Assembly (NCBI RefSeq): GCF_000012465.1
Contig: NC_007335.2
Location: 1,740,001-1,772,000, forward strand
DNA: 32,000 nucleotides
From: Prochlorococcus marinus str. NATL2A
GTDB lineage: Bacteria; Cyanobacteriota; Cyanobacteriia; PCC-6307; Cyanobiaceae
Reading direction: 5' to 3'
The position numbers and the translations under genes are program-made. This document shows positions 8,852 to 18,778 of the stretch, in pieces; within the stretch, counting starts at the first letter, position 1, and every line of letters begins with the position of its first letter. Below the pieces are notes generated by a model. It searched no databases and was not told the origin of the DNA. It was given only the letters and a program-made list of their open reading frames with translations.

Positions 8852-10618
8852 ATGGCATTGCTGGTTCAAAAATTTGGCGGCACTTCTCTAGGAAGCATTG
8901 AGCGCATAAAAGCTGTCGCGCAAAGAATCAAATCAAGTAAAGAAAAAGGTGATGATCTAGTAGTTGTTGTGTCGGCCATGGGACATCAAACTGATGAGTT
9001 AACACGGCTAGCATCAGAAATAACTGTTGATCCTCCTCATAGAGAAATGGATATGCTCCTCTCAACTGGGGAGCAAGTTTCAATATCATTATTAACAATG
9101 GCCCTGAACGAATTGGGCACACCAGCAATCTCTTTGACTGGAACTCAAGCTGGAATTATCACAGAATCAGCTCATGGAAGAGCCAGAATCCTCGAGATAA
9201 GGACAGAACGAATAAAAAATCTCTTAGACCAAGGTCAAACCATAGTTATTGCTGGATTCCAAGGAACAACTCTTGGCATAGGAGGAATTGCTGAAATTAC
9301 AACTTTAGGTAGAGGAGGTTCAGATACTTCTGCAGTAGCTCTAGCGGCATCGCTTGAAGCTGCTAAATGTGAAATTTATACCGATGTTCCTGGCGTACTT
9401 ACAACTGACCCAAGAATTGTGAAAAATGCAAAATTAATGAAAAGTATTAGTTGTGATGAAATGTTAGAATTGGCCAGCCTTGGAGCAGCTGTTTTACATC
9501 CTCGAGCAGTTGAAATAGCAAGAAATTTCGGCGTAACTCTTGTCGTTAAATCCAGTTGGGACAACCTTGATGGAACCACTCTAACTAGTAATAAGAAGCC
9601 TGACTTTTCTCAAGGTGGAATAGAACATCGAAGTCCTGTCGATGGATTAGAACTTCTTGAGAATCAAGCTGTAGTAGCTTTATCTAATATTCCAGATCGT
9701 CCAGGAATTGCTGCGGAACTTTTTGAATCTCTATCAGAGGGTGGGGTGAATGTCGATCTCATTATTCAAGCGACACATCAGATCGACTCTAACGACATCA
9801 CTTTTACTGTTGCTGAAAATGAATTACATAATGCACTAACTCAATGTAAAAAACTCGTTAATACTATTGGAGGTGATATCTCTTTTCAAAAAGATCTGAC
9901 TAAACTAAGTATTTATGGAGCTGGGATAATGGGAAGGCCTGGAATAGCCTCATCGCTATTCCAAATTCTATCTGACTCTGGTATTAATATCAGACTAATC
10001 GCAACTAGTGAAGTCAAAGTCAGTTGTGTTATTGATGCAGAATTAGGGAAAAAAGCACTACGTAATGTAAGCGAAGTTTTCAAGCTCACTGATAAACAAA
10101 TTACCGTGAATCCTACGATTGAAAATAATAACGAGCCAGAAGTAAGGGGAATAGCTTTAGATAAAGATCAAATACAAATTAGCGTGAAGAATGTTCCAGA
10201 TAAACCAGGGACTGCCTCCACAATATGTTCCACTTTAGCTGAGAAAAATATCAGCTTAGATACTATAGTTCAATCTGAAAGAAAGCATAAAGATAAAACC
10301 AAAGATATCAGCTTCACTTTAAAGAAAAATGATAGAAGCGATGCTAAATATGCATTAAAAGAATTGATTGGCAATTGGAAAGGATCAAACCTCGAAGAAG
10401 GAGAGTCAATAGTACGAATTAGCGCAGTAGGTTCTGGAATGCCTTTTACAAAAGGAACAGCCGGTAAAATTTTTAGAGCACTAGCAAATCAAAAAATCAA
10501 CATAGAAATGATCGCCACCAGTGAAATAAGAACAACTTGTATTATCTCAGAAAAATATGGTGAAAAAGCATTAAATGAAATTCATTCTTGCTTTAAATTA
10601 GGAAAAAATGAAAGCTAA
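8852..10618 (+). CDS. lysC: aspartate kinase, long cyanobacterial form with duplicated ACT-domain pairs
   Basis: 588 aa. LVQKFGGTS at the N-terminus and GRGGSDTSAVALAA in the kinase domain. The kinase domain is followed by four ACT-like modules, each built around a DxPG(I/T)A motif (NIPDRPGIAAELF, IMGRPGIASSLF, NVPDKPGTASTIC, and the more divergent GMPFTKGTAGKIF). Confidence 0.95.
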   Translation: MALLVQKFGGTSLGSIERIKAVAQRIKSSKEKGDDLVVVVSAMGHQTDELTRLASEITVDPPHREMDMLLSTGEQVSISLLTMALNELGTPAISLTGTQAGIITESAHGRARILEIRTERIKNLLDQGQTIVIAGFQGTTLGIGGIAEITTLGRGGSDTSAVALAASLEAAKCEIYTDVPGVLTTDPRIVKNAKLMKSISCDEMLELASLGAAVLHPRAVEIARNFGVTLVVKSSWDNLDGTTLTSNKKPDFSQGGIEHRSPVDGLELLENQAVVALSNIPDRPGIAAELFESLSEGGVNVDLIIQATHQIDSNDITFTVAENELHNALTQCKKLVNTIGGDISFQKDLTKLSIYGAGIMGRPGIASSLFQILSDSGINIRLIATSEVKVSCVIDAELGKKALRNVSEVFKLTDKQITVNPTIENNNEPEVRGIALDKDQIQISVKNVPDKPGTASTICSTLAEKNISLDTIVQSERKHKDKTKDISFTLKKNDRSDAKYALKELIGNWKGSNLEEGESIVRISAVGSGMPFTKGTAGKIFRALANQKINIEMIATSEIRTTCIISEKYGEKALNEIHSCFKLGKNES

Positions 10619-10625
10619 AAATAAT

Positions 10626-12662
10626 TTATCTACCGACTAACCTATGCCTTAATTTCTTTATACGATCTCTAAGAATTGCTGCTGTTTCAAAATCTAGGTC
10701 TTTAGCTTTTATTTTCATTTTAGATTCCAATTTTTCAATTAATTCAGGCAGAGATTCTAAAGATACTCCGCTATCAGAATCTTTAGCGCTGTGTTCAATC
10801 AACTTATCAGCGATATCAACGAAATCATCGGTACTTCCATCTTGATTTAATCTTCTGGAGATCTCTAAAAAAGAAAGAATAGAATTACTTGCTTTCTTAC
10901 CTGCTGGCTTAGGAGTTATACCATGCTCAATATTATAAATATTCTGTATTTCTCGGCGTCTTTCAGTCTCACTAATAGCCTTTGCCATAGAATCAGTCAT
11001 CTTATCTGCATAGAGCAAAGCTAAGCCTTCTACATGTCTTGCTGCTCGACCTATTGTTTGTATCAAAGATCTTTGAGCTCTTAAAAATCCTTCTTTATCT
11101 GCATCAAGAATTACTACAAGAGAGACCTCAGGTAAATCCAAACCTTCTCTTAGAAGATTCACTCCAACTAATACGTCATATTCTCCCAATCGTAAATCTT
11201 GAATGATTTCAATTCTCTCAATTGAATGGATCTCTGAATGTAAATAGCGAACTCTTATTTTGTTTTCAGATAAATAATCTGTAAGATCTTCAGCCATTCT
11301 TTTCGTGAGCGTTGTGACAAGTATTCTTTGATTTTTTGATGCTCTTTTTCTAATTTCAAAAAGCAAATCGTCAACTTGACCATGTGTTGGACGTACTTCA
11401 ACTAGAGGATCTAAAACACCGGTAGGTCTGATAACTTGCTCAACTATATTCTTTGTACTTTGGGACAATTCCCAATCACCAGGAGTCGCACTTATAAAAA
11501 CAGTTTGTTTTGCCTTATTCCAAAATTCTATATCCTTTAAAGGACGATTATCAGCTGCACTTGGTAGTCTAAATCCATGATCTATTAAGACTTTCTTTCT
11601 TGCTTGATCACCATTATACATAGCTCTTAATTGAGGACAAGTAACATGACTTTCATCAATAAGTAATAACCAGTCTTTTGGGAAATAATCAATAAGACAT
11701 TCTGGGGCAGAGCCAGGTTCTCTTCCAGAAAGATGACGAGCATAATTTTCAACTCCATTACAATATCCAACTTCTTTTAACATTTCTAGGTCATAAATTG
11801 TTCGCTGTTCTAACCTTTGAGCCTCGAGTAATTTACCCTCTTGATTAAGAAATTCTAATCTATCTTTTAACTCTTTTTTTATTGCTTTAATTGCAGAATC
11901 GAGGCGATCTTTTGGGGTAACAAAATGTTTTGCTGGATATATGTTGATTGAGTCAAGTTTATTTAAGATTTCTCCAGTAGTAGGATCGACATAGCTAATA
12001 CTTTCTACTTCATCTCCAAATAATTCAAGCCTTACAAGTCTGTCATCATATGCTGGCCCTATTTCTAATACATCTCCTCTAACTCTAAATCTACCTCTAC
12101 TGATTTCGATATCGTTACGAGTATATTGATTTGAAACTAATGATCTAAGGCAAGATCTTAAATCAATACTTTGACCAACTTGAAACTTTACAGAAGCCTT
12201 TAGATATTCACTTGGAATTCCTAAACCATATATACAACTAATTGAGGCAACAACTATGACATCATCTCGTTCAAATAAAGACCTAGTCGCAGAGTGGCGT
12301 AACATATCAATCTCTTCATTAATTGATGAAGTCTTGGCTATGTAAGTATCACTGACTGGAACATAAGCCTCTGGCTGATAATAATCATAATATGAGATAA
12401 AATATTCAACGGCATTATCTGGGAAAAATTCCCTTAGTTCATTGCATAATTGAGCTGCAAGTGTTTTGTTATGAGCTAAAACTAACGCAGGCCTTCCAGT
12501 TTGAGCGATCAAATTGGCTATTGTAAAAGTCTTCCCTGTTCCAGTTGCACCTAATAAAGTTTGAAATTTTTCCCCATCATTTACACCTCCAACAAGCCCT
12601 TTAATCGCTGCAGGTTGATCCCCTTTCGGAGTATAAGGAGCTTGAAGTTTATACTCAGGCAT
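10626..12662 (-). CDS. uvrB: excinuclease ABC subunit B
   Basis: 678 aa. Walker [13 protein letters not shown] box, helicase motifs, and a C-terminal UVR domain ([15 protein letters not shown]). Confidence 0.97.
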
Positions 12663-12752
12663 CTTCTTTTTAAAGGTTAAGAAAAGATAGATTTATTACT
12701 TCCATATTCTTCCAATTTTGAACATAAAAAAGCTTAAATTACCTTATAAAAC

Positions 12753-13532
12753 TCATTGATTAATCGTGGAAACCAATTTCAAAGAATTTAAAGCCTGACG
12801 AAGACCTTTTACAGTAGCAATCATAGCTAATTCAGTATTCAATTTATTTATTGCTGATCCAATACCAACCCCATTAGCTCCTACTGCAATAGCCATTGGG
12901 ACTGTGACTTCAGAGAGTCCAGAAGCACAAATCACAGGCACATCAAGATTACTCTCCTTTAAAGCAGATGTGATAGCGGAAGTTGCGGCCAAAGTAGGTG
13001 AAGCTTTTTCTATTAACCCTAAAGCTCCAGGACTCATGGGATGAGAGCTTGTGCCTCCTTCTGTCTGAATTAAGTCGACCCCTCTATCAACAAGATCTAA
13101 CGCTAATTGAGCTTGACTATCTAAAGGCAAAACATGAGGAACGGTCACTGACAAAAAAACTTCAGGCAAAAGGCGTCGAGATTCAGTAGCTAATGAGAGA
13201 ACTTCATCAGCTGAGAAAAAACGCCCATCTGGATAAAAAGAATCAAAATTCCCAATCTCAATCATTGATGCTCCTGCTTTAACAGCGTTAGGGAACAACC
13301 TTGGTTCAACCGAACTTACACACACAGGAATATTCGAGACCTCTGACGCTAGCTCTACTAATTTTGGTTCACAAGCAATGTCCAATAAATCGGCGCCCCC
13401 ATGACCAGCAGCTTTCGCAATTAGAGATACTGATTCTGGATTAAAATTACTTAAACCAGAAATTACTTTCAATAAAGATCTATTTTGAATACTCTTTTGA
13501 AGTGAAACTGGCAATGCCTGCAAACGTGTCAT
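12753..13532 (-). CDS. ycf23: Ycf23/DUF561-family protein (conserved cyanobacterial and plastid protein of unknown function, TIM-barrel-like)
   Basis: 259 aa. N-terminal LKVISGLSNFN motif and Gly-rich phosphate-binding-like segments (QTEGGTS, GVGIGSA), consistent with my recollection of Ycf23/DUF561. Confidence 0.7.
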   Translation of the reverse strand: MTRLQALPVSLQKSIQNRSLLKVISGLSNFNPESVSLIAKAAGHGGADLLDIACEPKLVELASEVSNIPVCVSSVEPRLFPNAVKAGASMIEIGNFDSFYPDGRFFSADEVLSLATESRRLLPEVFLSVTVPHVLPLDSQAQLALDLVDRGVDLIQTEGGTSSHPMSPGALGLIEKASPTLAATSAITSALKESNLDVPVICASGLSEVTVPMAIAVGANGVGIGSAINKLNTELAMIATVKGLRQALNSLKLVSTINQ

Positions 13533-13617
13533 AAAAACATCAACTATTAACCTGATTGTGACATTGACTCAGCAAAAGAACTAAAAAAATGGGAATAGAG
13601 CTCTGAAACCAAAGCAA

Positions 13618-14643
13618 ATGTCACAATCTTCTCAAAATGACAGGTCTTGGAGTAAATGGCATATGCGTTTACACAAAAGACTGAAACAAAATAAATCTCT
13701 GCTTCCCAGTAACTCCACCATTCTTTTAGCCATATCTGGTGGCCAAGATTCGATGGCCCTTCTCAAATTAATTATTGATTTAAAAAGACTGCATCAGTGG
13801 CAAGTCGAAGTCTGGCATGGAAATCACCAATGGCATGCTAAATCCGAGGAAACAGAAGATGAGCTGAAACTGTGGTGTCTGAAAAATCAAATTTCATTTC
13901 ACTCTAATAAAGCAGATAAAAAAGAAGTCGCTAATGAAGAAAAGGCAAGAGATTGGAGATATAAAAATCTAATAATGAAAGCTAAGTTTTTATCATCAAA
14001 GAATATACATTTTCCGTGTACAAGAATTTTAACTGGTCATACAGCTACTGATCGAGCAGAGACAGTCATTATGAACTTAGCCAGAGGGACTGATCTGACT
14101 GGACTTACTACTCTTAAGGAGCAAAGAACTATAGAGAATAATATAGATTTAACCAGACCCCTACTGATTTTCAATAGAAATGAAACTCTCGAAATTTGTA
14201 AAGATTTTAACTTACCAATTTGGATTGATCCATCAAATGAAAATATTAATTTAACAAGAAATAAAATAAGAAAAGAAATTTTACCTATTTTAAATTCGAT
14301 CTATAAGGGAGCAGACTCAAGAATAGCCTCAGTAGCTAATAGACTTGAAAGTTATAACGAAGACCAAAAATTATTTGCAAAAATAGCAATACAATTTTGC
14401 CAAGGAGAAAAAATCAATTCTCTATCGAGAATCAAACTATTCGGCTTAACAAACTCTATTAGACAAATAATTCTTTCTAATTGGTTAAAGACAATGGGTG
14501 TAAAAAGGGTAACAGCTTTGCAAATTGAAGAAATAAATACAAAAGTATCTCAAAGAAAACCACCTGGAAGTATCCATCTTCATGGAGACTTCCTAATACG
14601 TTGGAACAAAGAAGCTATTTATATCTCAAATAAAACTAATTAA
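13618..14643 (+). CDS. tilS: tRNA(Ile)-lysidine synthase
   Basis: 341 aa. PP-loop ATPase motif [13 protein letters not shown], downstream [11 protein letters not shown] motif. Confidence 0.85.
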
Positions 14644-14663
14644 AATAAACAATTTTTTAGTTA

Positions 14664-16613
14664 TCAGCTAATTGCTGATCTGCGACGTCTTGTTCTTCCT
14701 GTGGGCATTTCCTCAGCATTAGGTTCCGTATTTGTTTTTTGTTCTGCTGGTGAACTTGTTTCTTGATTTGCTACGGATGCCTTTGTCGTCTTAGGGGCTT
14801 TATCAGCAGTTTTCTTAACTACTTGTCGTGAATCTGGCTGTTGATCAAGTTGAGGTTTATATGCGCGAGTTCCTCCTGGAGCAGGTTGAACAAGGCAAAG
14901 AACTAAAGGCTCCGCTTGAACCTCTCTTCTCAACCGACGAGATAATCCTGATTCAACCTCTCTTTGCAATCCTATCCAATCGACCTCAACTGATTTTCCC
15001 CCGGTCTTAAGAACGAGCTGTTTCCATCGATTTTCTAAGACCCAATTAATCTCTCTTTCAGTCCAATTAACCATGGTTTTGGCATCAACATTAGTGATAA
15101 CACCACGAAGATTTACCCTAGGTGGTGCAACCATCACCCCATCAGTACTAATTGGAGTAAGAACGGTAATAACTCCATCATCAGCAAGTTGCTGACGTTC
15201 TTTTAATACTCGAGTATCCACAATCCCTGTTCTAGAAGAATCGAGTAATTCCACTCCAGATTTAACTGGTGAGCCTTGCAATAGAGAATCTGGTCTTAAT
15301 TCAGCAACGTCCCCATTTTCCATCACCAATACATTCTCTGGATGCACCCCCATTGAGACAGCAGTTTTCCCATGTAAAACTTGCATTCTGTACTCACCAT
15401 GAACAGGAATGAAGTATTTAGGTCTTGTTAATCCAAGCATCCATTTTTGATCTTCTTGGCATCCATGGCCTGAAACATGAATCCCCTTATCTTTGCCATA
15501 AATTACTTTTGCACCCAGTTTGATTAATTTATCAATCGTATGCATCACAGAAATAGTATTCCCAGGAATAGGGCTAGCAGAAAAAATAACAGTATCACTA
15601 GTTTTCAATTGAACATGTTGATGCTCGCCTCTAGCAATACGGCTTAAAGCAGCCATTGATTCTCCTTGACTACCTGTCATCAATAAAAAAGTCTCTCTAT
15701 CAGGCAAATCTCTGATCTGTTTAATAGGAAAAAATAAATCATCAGGAAAACGCATATAACCAAGTTCCCTTGCCTTACCAACCACATTCAGCATTGAACG
15801 ACCTAGCAAGCCAACCTTTCTACCGTTTTTCATTGCTAGCTCCAAAAGCATCGCTACACGATGAGTTGAACTAGCAAAAGTAGTAACCATAACTCTGCCT
15901 TCAGCAGTAGCAATGTATCTATCTAAATTTGGAAAAACAGAATATTCAGAGGGCGTGAATCCTGTAACTTCAGAGTTGGTTGAATCAGATAGAAGGCAAA
16001 GAACACCTTTATCTCCATAGTGAGCCATCCTGGCTAAATCTGCAGGCTGTCCGTCAGGTGGGGTATGGTCGAACTTAAAATCTCCAGTGAAAAATACTAC
16101 TCCCACTGGAGTCGTAACTGCAAAGGAATAACTATCAGAAATTGAATGTGTATTTCTTACAAATTCAACTGAAAAATGTTGCCCAACTTTAATAACTTCT
16201 CTTGGTCCACATACTTGTATTGTTGTCCGATCAGCAACTCCAGCTTCCTCCATTTTCCCCCTCAGCATAGACATAGCGAGGGGAGGGCCGTAAACAATTG
16301 GAATATTAAAGTTCTTTAAATGATGAGAAATTCCACCAATATGATCCTCATGCCCATGAGTAACCACCAAACCTCTTATTCGATTTTGATTTTCTCGTAG
16401 ATAAGTAGTGTCTGGCATGACAACATTTACTCCATGCATCCCATCAGTTGGGAAAGCAAGACCAGCATCAAGAATCATGATGTCGTCTCCGTATTCAAAG
16501 ACGCAAGTATTTTTACCGATTTCTCCGAGGCCGCCTAAGGGAATAATCCTCAAACAAGGAGATTTGGTTTGATTATTTTTTGAACCTTGAGAATTCATTG
16601 AACTTGATGTCAT
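14664..16613 (-). CDS. rnj: ribonuclease J
   Basis: 649 aa. Metallo-beta-lactamase HxHxDH motif (VTHGHEDHIGG), a beta-CASP region, an RNase J C-terminal domain, then a ~74-aa low-complexity tail ending GRTRRRRSAIS. Confidence 0.9.
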   Translation of the reverse strand: MTSSSMNSQGSKNNQTKSPCLRIIPLGGLGEIGKNTCVFEYGDDIMILDAGLAFPTDGMHGVNVVMPDTTYLRENQNRIRGLVVTHGHEDHIGGISHHLKNFNIPIVYGPPLAMSMLRGKMEEAGVADRTTIQVCGPREVIKVGQHFSVEFVRNTHSISDSYSFAVTTPVGVVFFTGDFKFDHTPPDGQPADLARMAHYGDKGVLCLLSDSTNSEVTGFTPSEYSVFPNLDRYIATAEGRVMVTTFASSTHRVAMLLELAMKNGRKVGLLGRSMLNVVGKARELGYMRFPDDLFFPIKQIRDLPDRETFLLMTGSQGESMAALSRIARGEHQHVQLKTSDTVIFSASPIPGNTISVMHTIDKLIKLGAKVIYGKDKGIHVSGHGCQEDQKWMLGLTRPKYFIPVHGEYRMQVLHGKTAVSMGVHPENVLVMENGDVAELRPDSLLQGSPVKSGVELLDSSRTGIVDTRVLKERQQLADDGVITVLTPISTDGVMVAPPRVNLRGVITNVDAKTMVNWTEREINWVLENRWKQLVLKTGGKSVEVDWIGLQREVESGLSRRLRREVQAEPLVLCLVQPAPGGTRAYKPQLDQQPDSRQVVKKTADKAPKTTKASVANQETSSPAEQKTNTEPNAEEMPTGRTRRRRSAIS

Positions 16614-16657
16614 GGAAAAATTTATGTGAAAAAACTTGATTGTTACCTAAATGAAAG

Positions 16658-16672
16658 CCACACCCAATGTGG
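16658..16672 (-). terminator. short hairpin between dapA stop and rnj start (weak terminator or 5'-UTR structure)
   Basis: CCACA CCCAA TGTGG, a 5-bp stem with a 5-nt loop. On the minus strand it is followed by CTTTCATTT. It lies in the 73-nt dapA-rnj gap. Confidence 0.2.
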
Positions 16673-16686
16673 ATAGAGGGAGTAGA

Positions 16687-17595
16687 TCAAATCAATCTCA
16701 GAGAAGAGAGTATCTTCACGAGTTCTTCTTTCATTTCACTGTTTAAAGAGACTAGAGGACTTCGAGGAGGTCCAACAGACCAACCGATGAGTTGAAGTGC
16801 CGCTTTAACAGGAATTGGATTTGTAGTTGCAAAAAGGGATTTAAAAAGAGGTTGTAATGTCTCGTGCAAATAAAGTGCCTCAGAATATTTACCCTCTAAA
16901 AAACTCTCTATAAGTTTCTTCAAATTAGGAGCAACTAAATGACTTGCGACACTAACAACACCAACTGCCCCTACTGAAAGCATTGGTAAAACCAAAGCAT
17001 CATCACCGCTATAAATAGCTAAATCTGATCCACAATAGTTTCTTAATTGAGTCACTTCCTCAGTTGTTCCACTTGCAGCTTTAAAACTGACTACATTACT
17101 GCAATCCATAAGCTTACTAACAATACTAGGCGATATTGAACACCCTGTCCGCCCAGGGATGTTATAGAGCATTAAAGGCAACTTTGGAGCGGCATTTGCA
17201 ATAGCGCGAAAATGAACTTCTAATCCCTCTTGCGGTGGTTTGTTGTAATAAGGAACAACAACTAAAGCACCATCAGCGCCTGAATTAGCTGCTTCCTTTG
17301 TTGCTTCAATTGCCTCAGAGGTCGAATTACTTCCTGTTCCAGCTAAAACTTTAGCCCTAGAGCCTAAGGAATTTCTTACTGTTTCCAGCAATTTTTGTTG
17401 TTCTTGCCAACTTAGAGTCGGTGACTCTCCAGTAGTTCCACATACAACGATGCCATCTGAACCTTGATCTACCAAATAATTTGCCAAATCGGCAGCAAGA
17501 CCATAATCAACTTTCCCTTCATCATCAAATGGGGTCACCATTGCGGTTAGCAGCCTTCCAAAAGGGGCTGGTGATAACAAAGCTGACTTATTCAT
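16687..17595 (-). CDS. dapA: 4-hydroxy-tetrahydrodipicolinate synthase
   Basis: Motifs [18 protein letters not shown] and active-site Lys context FKAASG. I place the start at the internal ATG (MNKSALL...), giving ~302 aa. The 326-aa ORF start at 17667 would run 80 nt into asd. With ATG 17595 the genes overlap by 8 nt (ATGAATAA). Confidence 0.9.
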   Translation of the reverse strand: MNKSALLSPAPFGRLLTAMVTPFDDEGKVDYGLAADLANYLVDQGSDGIVVCGTTGESPTLSWQEQQKLLETVRNSLGSRAKVLAGTGSNSTSEAIEATKEAANSGADGALVVVPYYNKPPQEGLEVHFRAIANAAPKLPLMLYNIPGRTGCSISPSIVSKLMDCSNVVSFKAASGTTEEVTQLRNYCGSDLAIYSGDDALVLPMLSVGAVGVVSVASHLVAPNLKKLIESFLEGKYSEALYLHETLQPLFKSLFATTNPIPVKAALQLIGWSVGPPRSPLVSLNSEMKEELVKILSSLRLI

Positions 17596-18625
17596 AATTC
17601 TTTGGCAGTAGAAGTTCAGCAATCTGCACTGCATTAAGTGCTGCACCCTTGCGGATTTGATCTCCACATAACCATAGTTCTAAAGCATTCGGGTTACTTA
17701 TATCTTGCCTTATTCGACCAACTGATATTGGATCTCTGCCAGTTACATCTTGAGGCATCGGAAAACGATTATTTTCCAAGTCCTCAAGTATTTCAACTCC
17801 CGGTGAAGCCTCCAAAATCTCATAAGCTTCTTTTACTGGAAAAGGCTTTGTAAATTCAATATTGACCGATTCAGAATGGGCTCTTAAGACTGGGACTCTT
17901 ACACATGTTGCGGTCAATGAAAGTTCGGGATCTCCAAGAATCTTTCGGGTTTCATTAACCATTTTCATCTCTTCCTCGCAATAATTATTCGATTGCAAAG
18001 GTGAATTATGCAAAAAAAGATTAAACGCCAAAGAATACGGAAGAACTTTACTTTTTGGAGTTTTTCCATCTAAAACTTCTTGGCTTAATTTTTCTAATTC
18101 TTCCATTGCCATTGCACCTGCACCACTAGCGGATTGATAGGTTGATACAACGATCCTCTTAATGGGGATATGCCTAGTCAATGGAGATAGAACCAACGCT
18201 AATAAAATAGTCGTGCAATTCGGATTAGAAATTACACCTTTGTGCTTAATAGCATCAGAAGGATTAACTTCTGGAACGATCAAAGGAACATTCTCGTCCA
18301 TTCGAAATGCACTAGAGTTATCAATCATCAAAGCTCCAGAACTTTGAATTGTATCTTTCCATTTACGAGATATTGAACTACCAGCTGAAGCCAAAATTAA
18401 ATCTACATTTTTAAAACTATCTTTAGTTGTCTCTTCGACTTTCACCTCAGTTCCACAAAAACTCTGAATGTCCCCTGCTGAGCGATGGGAGGCTAGTAAA
18501 ATTAATTTTCCAACAGGGAATGATCTCTCTTCAAGCAAAGCCAATAATTCCTTTCCTACAGCTCCACTCGATCCAAGAATCGCAACTGTAAGTGGTCTAT
18601 TTGGAAGAAGAGATTTTGGTTTCAA
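17588..18625 (-). CDS. asd: aspartate-semialdehyde dehydrogenase
   Basis: 345 aa. N-terminal NAD(P) fold [11 protein letters not shown], active-site Cys context NPNCTT, and RVPVLRAHS. Confidence 0.95.
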   Translation of the reverse strand: MKPKSLLPNRPLTVAILGSSGAVGKELLALLEERSFPVGKLILLASHRSAGDIQSFCGTEVKVEETTKDSFKNVDLILASAGSSISRKWKDTIQSSGALMIDNSSAFRMDENVPLIVPEVNPSDAIKHKGVISNPNCTTILLALVLSPLTRHIPIKRIVVSTYQSASGAGAMAMEELEKLSQEVLDGKTPKSKVLPYSLAFNLFLHNSPLQSNNYCEEEMKMVNETRKILGDPELSLTATCVRVPVLRAHSESVNIEFTKPFPVKEAYEILEASPGVEILEDLENNRFPMPQDVTGRDPISVGRIRQDISNPNALELWLCGDQIRKGAALNAVQIAELLLPKNYE

Positions 18626-18778
18626 ACTTGATGAAGAAAATTAAAAGGTTGAATAAAAAAGTTTTTCTTATTGGAAAAATCAACAAATAACAAATTTTTC
18701 GATGCTTTTTAGGCCACAATAGCTTTGGAAGTGACTTAACGCTTTCTTACGCTAACCAAATTTGAGAATTCCGTTTCA

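Noticed and set aside
17596-17667. 24-codon N-terminal extension of dapA ([24 protein letters not shown]) implied by the longest ORF
   Set aside because: It would overlap asd by 80 nt. The internal ATG at 17595 gives a normal-length DapA and a classic ATGAATAA start/stop overlap with asd.
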